11,592 bases of DNA from positions 1-11,592 of the forward strand of contig JBHLPL010000062.1 in assembly GCA_048939465.1 (NCBI GenBank), written 5' to 3'. The notes under the pieces are model-generated. The model ran no database searches and was not told the origin of the DNA. It saw only the letters and a list, made by a program, of their open reading frames with translations. Shown here in pieces: positions 5,547-11,592 of this stretch. Position numbers and translations under genes: made by a program. The stretch is from Promethearchaeota archaeon (GTDB taxonomy: Archaea > Asgardarchaeota > Odinarchaeia > Odinarchaeales > JBHLKK01). Numbering within the stretch: position 1 is the first letter of the stretch; each line of letters begins with the position of its first letter.

Positions 5547-5557
5547 GAAAGCTTAAA
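5547..5557 (+). promoter_or_regulatory. BRE/TATA of tRNA-Leu
   Basis: GAAAGCTTAAA ending 30 nt upstream of G1 at 5588. Confidence 0.6.
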
Positions 5558-5587
5558 CGTAAAAAGCAATTATTATTAGTCAACTCT

Positions 5588-5695
5588 GCGGGGGTACCCG
5601 AGCTAGGTCTAAGGGGCAGGACTTAGGATCCTGTGCCGTAGAGGTTTAGAATGCCGCGGAGGGCTTCGTGGGTTCAAATCCCACCCCCCGCACCA
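5588..5695 (+). tRNA. tRNA-Leu(TAG) with a 20-nt intron inside the long variable arm (5642-5661). Mature 88 nt, CCA encoded
   Basis: Acceptor stem GCGGGGG/CCCCCGC-A-CCA; anticodon arm CAGGA-CTTAGGA-TCCTG; T arm GTGGG-TTCAAAT-CCCAC. The variable region CCGT-AG^A-GGTTTAGAATGCC-GCGG-AG^G splices to T-GCC-GTAG-GGC-TTC, a typical archaeal Leu variable arm. Confidence 0.92.
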
Positions 5696-5726
5696 ATCTT
5701 CTCGTAGATAATTGAAGGAAAAAGTA

Positions 5727-6551
5727 ATGAGAATGAAAGAATCAATTAAAGGGCCATTGATTTTATTGTCTGTTCTTCTATCGTTTTCAATTACCATAGT
5801 TCTCGTTAATACGATTTATGATACAAATCTTTCTGATGAAAAAGCCGTTGTAGCATTATATTCGGACGAAGGTACTTGGGAAGAGTCCGTTCAAGCAGCT
5901 AGGAATATGTTTCTATGGATGAATTATACAGTTGTTTCAGTAGATGCAGATGATATCAACATTCAGGGACTCGAAAGCTTTGATATCCTGTGTATCCCTG
6001 GAGGTAGTATGTATCAATATGCTCAAGATATCTCGCCCGACGGTATGGATAATATAAGATATTTTATCAATAATGGTGGAAGTTACATCGGGATTTGTGG
6101 CGGAGCTTACTTTGCAGCCGAAGAAGTCGTCTGGCAGGGAGAACAACTTCCTATCACCCCTTTAGGAATATTCCCAGGCACGGCCGAAGGACCCAGCAAC
6201 GAAATTGTTCCTTTTCCTAATTACACTATGTGCGAAATTAATATTCTGAACTCATCACATCCTATAACACAATCCGTATCCGAATCGGTATGGATGCTTT
6301 ATTACTGGGGTCCCATGTTTATGCCGAACATAGGTGGCAATATGACGATTCTGGGCAATTATGACACAGGAAATCAGTCTGCAATGATAGCATTTGATTA
6401 TGGTTTAGGCAGAGTATTCCTAATTGGCACACATCCCGAAATTGAAGAAGACAGTGAGCGTGATGGAGTGGTCTTTGCTGATGAATTGGATGATCAAGGA
6501 TCAGATTGGGATTTGATGAGAAGAGCAACTATTTGGTGCCTAAAGGAATAG
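5727..6551 (+). CDS. BPL_N domain protein (biotin-protein-ligase N-terminal / class I glutamine amidotransferase-like) with an N-terminal membrane anchor or signal peptide
   Basis: VALYSDEGT, ILCIPGG, GGSYIGICGGAYFA and VFLIGTHPE motifs; hydrophobic stretch LILLSVLLSFSITIVLV. Start uncertain (5712 TTG, 5727 or 5733 ATG); GAAGGA precedes 5727. Confidence 0.8.
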   Translation: MRMKESIKGPLILLSVLLSFSITIVLVNTIYDTNLSDEKAVVALYSDEGTWEESVQAARNMFLWMNYTVVSVDADDINIQGLESFDILCIPGGSMYQYAQDISPDGMDNIRYFINNGGSYIGICGGAYFAAEEVVWQGEQLPITPLGIFPGTAEGPSNEIVPFPNYTMCEINILNSSHPITQSVSESVWMLYYWGPMFMPNIGGNMTILGNYDTGNQSAMIAFDYGLGRVFLIGTHPEIEEDSERDGVVFADELDDQGSDWDLMRRATIWCLKE

Positions 6552-6577
6552 ATCTTAGACATGCAAATATCTACTGT

Positions 6578-8038
6578 CTATCTTGTTCTTATTGGAATGT
6601 TAAATTTCTCTTCCTTATGATCCTTCTCAGCTTTCACATCTCTCAGAAGAATTTCAGATTCCGGATATTGTTCGGTGCAATCGAGTACTCCTAACGCTTT
6701 AAGTTTGTCCCTACAGAGTCTATCAAAATCAAAACTCAGGATTTTCTTAGCCTGTGTGTTCTCATATGGGATGTCCCAAACCTCATCTGATTTCTCGTAA
6801 GATATAGCATCAAGTAGTGTGACTTTTTCTAGACTCGTTGTAAAGTAGGTATCCTTTATCGGTGCAGGTATGGGTCTAGACCATTCTTGAAGTTCGTCAG
6901 CCAAGATTAGTAAGAAAGCTAGAGGATAATCCTCGAAAGGAACTTCTTTCAGGTCATCTTTAAAATCATGAACAGAAATAGCCTTCGCGGCCTCTATGAA
7001 TGGCCTGTCTTCTGGAAGTTTTTTTCGAAGCCTCTCCGGCGTTCCGATAGTCCTCAAAAGATTAACCGCACCAACTACTCCATGATCTATGTTCAAGCTT
7101 TCTGGTTGATACTCCTCATTGATACGACGGTCGCCCTCGAATAGTAGTGTGTTAATCGGAAGTTCAGATAAACCTAAGCCGTTTTTTATGCGCTCTTGCC
7201 AGTGATTGGGTAACCCGTCTGCTAGAATAGAAAGATATTCTCGGTTTTTCAGTTCACCGCTTCCAAGACCCACAAACATTGGGGCGATCTTAATATCTAG
7301 GGATGGGTAGCAACGCAAAATCTCATTGAGCAGGGACCAGTTGATTGCCGTGCAGAGTTTAGACAAGGGATACCCAGTGTCATGCAGAAGACCTGTAAAC
7401 CACCATGCAGTTCGTACTTCTTCTGAAGACAACTCGAGCTTATCCCTGATTAAACCTTCTAGGGTTCCAGAATCGGATTTCAGATCGAGAAGAAAATCTC
7501 CCAAAACAGCTACTCGCAACTGATGGGCACAATGATCACGATAAAACTTTCGAACGTTCAAAAAATACATCAAAGCCTCGAACTCCGGAAGCATTCGAAT
7601 AAGGTATAGCACGCCCTCATGCTTAATCCCTCGTTCCTTAGCCACATCATACAGAGCGTTGCTTAGGGAGAAAATTCCAGTCCCAAACAAGTCTCCTGCC
7701 AATCCTTTCAATTTAGACGGGATTTCACGCTTCACTTTATCAACAATTTTTGAAACATACGGCTTAACCCATGATGTGAAGGGTTTAATCCATGAGGGGA
7801 CATCTAGGTCATCTAGGACATCCAGCTCCCCCAACGAATTAAATCCAAGGATTTTGGAAGCTTTCTCCAGTTTCTCTCTTTCTTTTTCAGATATTTTGAG
7901 TTTCTTTTCTGCGAGTTTCTTTTCGACTAAAGGCAACTTGAGAGAGAGTTTTGAAAGGAATTTGGAAAAACTGTTGCTGAAATATCCTGCACGAGAGAGA
8001 ACCCAAGAATCATTAATTTTGACAGTCTTCTGCTCCAT
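6578..8038 (-). CDS. HD-superfamily metal-dependent phosphohydrolase with a long N-terminal extension
   Basis: RDHCAHQLRV, LLHDTGY, IDHG, SVHD and ILADELQEW motifs; GGAGGAG RBS upstream of ATG 8038. Confidence 0.8.
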   Translation of the reverse strand: MEQKTVKINDSWVLSRAGYFSNSFSKFLSKLSLKLPLVEKKLAEKKLKISEKEREKLEKASKILGFNSLGELDVLDDLDVPSWIKPFTSWVKPYVSKIVDKVKREIPSKLKGLAGDLFGTGIFSLSNALYDVAKERGIKHEGVLYLIRMLPEFEALMYFLNVRKFYRDHCAHQLRVAVLGDFLLDLKSDSGTLEGLIRDKLELSSEEVRTAWWFTGLLHDTGYPLSKLCTAINWSLLNEILRCYPSLDIKIAPMFVGLGSGELKNREYLSILADGLPNHWQERIKNGLGLSELPINTLLFEGDRRINEEYQPESLNIDHGVVGAVNLLRTIGTPERLRKKLPEDRPFIEAAKAISVHDFKDDLKEVPFEDYPLAFLLILADELQEWSRPIPAPIKDTYFTTSLEKVTLLDAISYEKSDEVWDIPYENTQAKKILSFDFDRLCRDKLKALGVLDCTEQYPESEILLRDVKAEKDHKEEKFNIPIRTR

Positions 8039-8207
8039 GAATACTCCTCCCTAAGAACATTATCAGCAAACTCAATTTAAACATAATAGTATGTTCCAAA
8101 TCTGGACTTTTCAGGTAAGCTTTGCTTCCAAATCACGTAGACTTCAAAAGACTTTAAAGCCCAGAAGATTAATTCGAAGTGCTACAGATTCATTCGTGGT
8201 GTCGCAA

Positions 8208-8750
8208 ATGAGTAAGTATCCTTCCGGAAGCGAAGAAGACCGCAAAATGTTGTCTAAAATGCCAACCGAGGAGCTGATCGATTTCTTCTTCCTTCAAATC
8301 AGAAACATATGGAGAACAGACGGCCTATACTTTTTGGGAATAGAAGAGAAATTTGGCACGGAAGCGGCAACGGAAATTGACTCGCAAGTGTGGCAGATTA
8401 TGGCTCAAATTGAGGGCAAAAGCCTACGAAGAATGTTTAAAGCGGGTGAAAATGCAGATATTCCTACAATCATGAGTCTTTTGGAGAAATCAAGCTGGGC
8501 TTTGGACCAGCCCTTTAAGACGATCAAATTAGACGATAAAAGGGCGTTATTAACCATCGATAAATGTAGAACACAAGAGGCACGTTTGAAGAAGGACTTG
8601 ACTGAATTTCCTTGTAAGAAAGTCAGATTTGGTTACTTGAGGAACTTCGCAAAAACCTTAAACCCAAATGCAGAAGTGAACTGCATAGTCTGCCCGCCTG
8701 ATCCACACCCACCAGACCTTTGGTGCAAATGGGAGTTTATCCTACCCTAA
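8208..8750 (+). CDS. DUF6125-like protein (Cys-containing small-ligand-binding fold)
   Basis: WRTDGLYFLGIEEKFGTEAA, CRTQEARLKK..FPCK and VNCIVCPPDPHPPDLWCKWEF match my recollection of the family. I prefer the ATG at 8208 (GTGGTG upstream; AAAAGACTTTAAA promoter-like motif near 8146-8158) over 8091. Confidence 0.65.
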   Translation: MSKYPSGSEEDRKMLSKMPTEELIDFFFLQIRNIWRTDGLYFLGIEEKFGTEAATEIDSQVWQIMAQIEGKSLRRMFKAGENADIPTIMSLLEKSSWALDQPFKTIKLDDKRALLTIDKCRTQEARLKKDLTEFPCKKVRFGYLRNFAKTLNPNAEVNCIVCPPDPHPPDLWCKWEFILP

Positions 8751-8751
8751 G

Positions 8752-9276
8752 TCAGGAACCTTCGCTTTCCTTGCCTTCTCTCAACCACCGGCTCATCTTA
8801 ATGAAGTCTACGCCCCACCACTCCTCACGCAGATACGCTTCAGGAACGAGGCCAAATTTCAAATACAAGTTTATGGCAGGAATCAATACAGGGAGGGTAT
8901 AGAGGGTGACTTTGTGGCACTCTTTCGCCCTGCAATGATCAATCACTTTTTTTAGTAGGGCCTTTCCGACTCCGCATCGTTGATGGTCCGGATGAACGCC
9001 TATCCATCCAAGTCTGGCCAGCCCCGGTATTCCAAGAATCTCTCCTGACGCTATACCAATGAGTTTGCCATTCTCTTCAGCCACAAAAGTAAAACGGGAA
9101 GGGTCCACCAGTTGGCTTTTGTAGTGTTCGGGTGAATGACTGGAAACATCATGTTCTAGAGCCCTTCTTGGATAGTAATCTTTCTCATACCTCTCCCACG
9201 AATCGACCATTGTTCTCTCAGAGAGTAAAGAAGCTTCATCAATATCTTCTAACTTGATTTCCCTGACGGTTGACAT
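8752..9276 (-). CDS. GNAT family N-acetyltransferase
   Basis: Motif A LGWIGVHPDHQRCGVGKALL and motif B AINLYLKFGLV. Confidence 0.9.
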   Translation of the reverse strand: MSTVREIKLEDIDEASLLSERTMVDSWERYEKDYYPRRALEHDVSSHSPEHYKSQLVDPSRFTFVAEENGKLIGIASGEILGIPGLARLGWIGVHPDHQRCGVGKALLKKVIDHCRAKECHKVTLYTLPVLIPAINLYLKFGLVPEAYLREEWWGVDFIKMSRWLREGKESEGS

Positions 9277-9419
9277 GATATTTCTTAATATATTCCTTGA
9301 TGAAAAGGCTTGTTATCTATTTACTAAACAGGAAGAACCTTCAATACAAAAACCTTGAAATATGTAATCAATCCAGAGTTGTTCAAAAACGATATAGATG
9401 CTTTGAGGTTCGGGAACGT

Positions 9420-10412
9420 ATGTGTCTGGAGGACTACAGGAGATTAGCTAGATTCTTAAAGGCACCTCCCATGTTTACAGATGTAGTTCCCCTAATTGTC
9501 AAACAAGACGAGGTTGAATTACTGCTTTTGATGTGTGAAAAAGAAAGATCAATCATCGAACTATCTAGACTTACGAATTTACCACAAGATACAGTGAAAT
9601 CCAGAGTACTTGGTTTGTTTAAGAGAGGATTTCTAACAAAAAGGAAGAATGGCGACATATATTATTCAGCAAAATCGTTCGGAAGGATAATAGATAGGCA
9701 TCTGTCAGAGGGTAGACTTGGACACTTAGGGAAGTATGTAGCCGCCTTGGCAACCTATCAGATGAAAGAGCACGTAAAACGAGGTAGAAATGACCCTTAC
9801 CCCGAGGCGAAAGTTTTGCCCATTCCTGAAGCAGTCTTAGAGCCCAAGTCAATAGTCCTTCCTTATGAAACTGCAATTAATATTCTGGAAAAAGCAAGGT
9901 CATTCTCGGTTCGTAATTGCGACTGTAGAATGACTTACAATAACTGTGATAATCCTCTTCGAGTATGTCTCGGACTGAATGAGTTTTCGGACGAACTAGT
10001 GGAAAGGGGTGTAGCGGAGAAGATCTCACTTGAAGAGGCCAAAGACATCCTAAAATCAGCAAGTAAATATGGTCTTATACATCAAGCTCTCTATACCGAT
10101 TGGCTCAAAGGAGAGGTTTTTGACATCTGTAGTTGCTGCAGCTGCTGTTGTACATATCTTAGGACCTTCGTAAATTACGGTATCAAACATCATATAGCAA
10201 AATCAGGATTAGTCGCCAAAGTTGACTTGAGCAAATGCGATGGTTGCGGTATATGCGTGGAACGGTGTATCTTTAATGCAAGGAAACTTGAGAATGGAAA
10301 GAGCATTGTTATAAGAGAGAACTGTTATGGTTGTGGCCTTTGTACTGCGACATGTCCCCTCGAAGCCACAGAACTAGTTTCAGAAACACCTTACTATCCA
10401 CCCAATCCTTGA
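9420..10412 (+). CDS. 4Fe-4S dicluster protein with an N-terminal winged-HTH-like region and a Cys-rich middle domain
   Basis: CDGCGICVERC and CYGCGLCTATCP ferredoxin motifs; CDCR..C..P..C and ICSCCSCCC; N-terminal SIIELSRLTNLPQDTVKSRVLGLFKRG. I prefer the ATG at 9420 (GAGGT upstream) over 9297. Confidence 0.8.
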   Translation: MCLEDYRRLARFLKAPPMFTDVVPLIVKQDEVELLLLMCEKERSIIELSRLTNLPQDTVKSRVLGLFKRGFLTKRKNGDIYYSAKSFGRIIDRHLSEGRLGHLGKYVAALATYQMKEHVKRGRNDPYPEAKVLPIPEAVLEPKSIVLPYETAINILEKARSFSVRNCDCRMTYNNCDNPLRVCLGLNEFSDELVERGVAEKISLEEAKDILKSASKYGLIHQALYTDWLKGEVFDICSCCSCCCTYLRTFVNYGIKHHIAKSGLVAKVDLSKCDGCGICVERCIFNARKLENGKSIVIRENCYGCGLCTATCPLEATELVSETPYYPPNP

Positions 10413-10456
10413 ATCCTGCTGTTATCATGTAAAATAAAGTCATCCCATTCTTGCCC

Positions 10457-10493
10457 TATCGGATGGAGTCTCCTTGAGACAATCAAGATGAAT
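10457..10493 (+). repeat. Dispersed 37-bp repeat, copy 2
   Basis: TATCGGATGGAGTCTCCTTGAGACAATCAAGATGAAT; 32 of 37 identical to 3902-3938. Confidence 0.8.
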
Positions 10494-10535
10494 ATTCCCC
10501 TGAATCTCAGATCGAGGGGTAGATCTTTCACGGAT

Positions 10536-10571
10536 TTCACTCTAGATATACAGAAAAAAATAAAGAGTGAA
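10536..10571 (-). terminator. Candidate terminator of the Gfo/Idh/MocA gene
   Basis: T7 tract on the minus strand (10554-10560), 16 nt after the stop, lying inside an 8-bp inverted repeat TTCACTCT/AGAGTGAA. Confidence 0.4.
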
Positions 10572-10576
10572 GGTTA

Positions 10577-11575
10577 CTACTTGACGATCTTCTTAGCTAT
10601 GCTCTGGGCCTTAATTGCATCCTCAACAGTTATTGACGGTTTCTTTCCTTTAAGGATGCATTCCACGAAGTAAGAATCGATCTGACGGTGACCCCAAACT
10701 CTTGTTCCCTTCTCTTTGAATTCCCACTCTTGCTTTTCAGATTCCTCACCGATCAACGCTAAGTAGTTGTTCCATTTTGCCCTTAGGATTTTGGTGTTGT
10801 CACCAAAGACCTCTAATCTGGCTGTACCGTGTCCTCGGGGAACCGTTGCATTAAAATGGAAATAGCCTACGGTTCCGTCTGAAAGCTTGACCGTGCCCAT
10901 AGTCTGATATCCTTTGAAATTGCTGATTCCTTCTAGGGGAGCGTAATTAGCTGTCCAATTTACATCATCTATCTCGGTTTTGAACAGCCATCTAATAAGA
11001 TCTAGAGACCAAACAGAGAGCGTGAAGTCTGGATATCCACCGCTTTTATCCATATTCCAAGCCCATGAGCTAAGCGGCCATTGAGCAGCCAAGTCTTTTG
11101 CTGCGATCGATTCCATATAAGTGAATGCCACAGGTTTTCCAATGGCCCCTTGATCTATCAGTTCCTTTGCTTTGACGTAGTTAGGAGTAAATCGGAAGTT
11201 AAGATCAGGTAATAGTATTACTCCTGCCTTTTGCGCAGCTTCACCCAGCGCCTTAGATTCAGCGATCGTAGGCGTCAAGGGCATTTCGCAAAGCACATGC
11301 TTGCCACTAGCAATGGCATCAGAGGCCAGCCTATAATGGAAAGGTGTTGGTACCGCCACAACGAGTGCATCGATTTCAGGATCCTTGAGGGCTTCATTAT
11401 GGTCAAGATAGTATTTGACCTCGAATTTTGTAGCTACCTTCTTTGCCAATTCTTCTATAACATCGACAACGGCAACCAGTTTGGCACCTGGAATCTTTCT
11501 AAATGCAGGTGCATGAGCTTGTCCTCCTACAAACCCCAATCCTGAGACAGCTACTCCAACTTCTTTTTGTGACAT
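10577..11575 (-). CDS. Gfo/Idh/MocA family NAD(P)-dependent oxidoreductase
   Basis: N-terminal VAVSGLGFVGGQAH Rossmann motif, VVAVPTPFH, GKHVLCEMP, LNFRFTP and C-terminal EDAIKAQ. Confidence 0.9.
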   Translation of the reverse strand: MSQKEVGVAVSGLGFVGGQAHAPAFRKIPGAKLVAVVDVIEELAKKVATKFEVKYYLDHNEALKDPEIDALVVAVPTPFHYRLASDAIASGKHVLCEMPLTPTIAESKALGEAAQKAGVILLPDLNFRFTPNYVKAKELIDQGAIGKPVAFTYMESIAAKDLAAQWPLSSWAWNMDKSGGYPDFTLSVWSLDLIRWLFKTEIDDVNWTANYAPLEGISNFKGYQTMGTVKLSDGTVGYFHFNATVPRGHGTARLEVFGDNTKILRAKWNNYLALIGEESEKQEWEFKEKGTRVWGHRQIDSYFVECILKGKKPSITVEDAIKAQSIAKKIVK

Positions 11576-11592
11576 ATATCTTTCACCAACCT

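Noticed and set aside
5263-5797. Track ORFs 5263..5466, 5329..5514 and 5609..5797
   Set aside because: Shadows of tRNA-Glu and tRNA-Leu.
3902-10493. A 6.5-kb integrated element bounded by the 37-bp direct repeats at tRNA-Asn
   Set aside because: The second copy lacks tRNA 3' sequence, there is no integrase, and the enclosed segment holds tRNAs and ordinary chromosomal genes.
1-11592. CRISPR array, rRNA or transposase
   Set aside because: No regularly spaced repeats, rRNA signatures or transposase/integrase motifs were seen.

Overview
Archaeal chromosomal window. BRE/TATA promoters, GAGGTG ribosome-binding sites, BHB tRNA introns and the gene families suggest a TACK lineage, possibly Bathyarchaeia; the taxonomy is inference. 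It holds an S-adenosylhomocysteine (SAH) recycling cluster (ahcY, a tandem Lrp/AsnC regulator, mtaD-like deaminase), three tRNA genes (Asn-GTT, Glu-TTC, Leu-TAG), and DHH, BPL_N, HD-domain, DUF6125-like, GNAT, 4Fe-4S and Gfo/Idh/MocA genes. The main result is a high density of bulge-helix-bulge (BHB) introns, found by hand-folding. Six are in the tRNAs (Asn 14/15 and 37/38; Glu 37/38, 45/46 and 59/60; Leu inside the long variable arm). At least three are in protein-coding genes: ahcY at 482-509 and 346-377, and mtaD at 3265-3291. A possible further ahcY intron starts at the window edge. Each complete mRNA intron interrupts a conserved catalytic or metal-binding motif, and cutting it at the standard BHB positions restores the motif exactly. 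The two ahcY introns total 60 nt and leave an unbroken ORF with a scrambled active-site segment, so ordinary gene callers would miss them.
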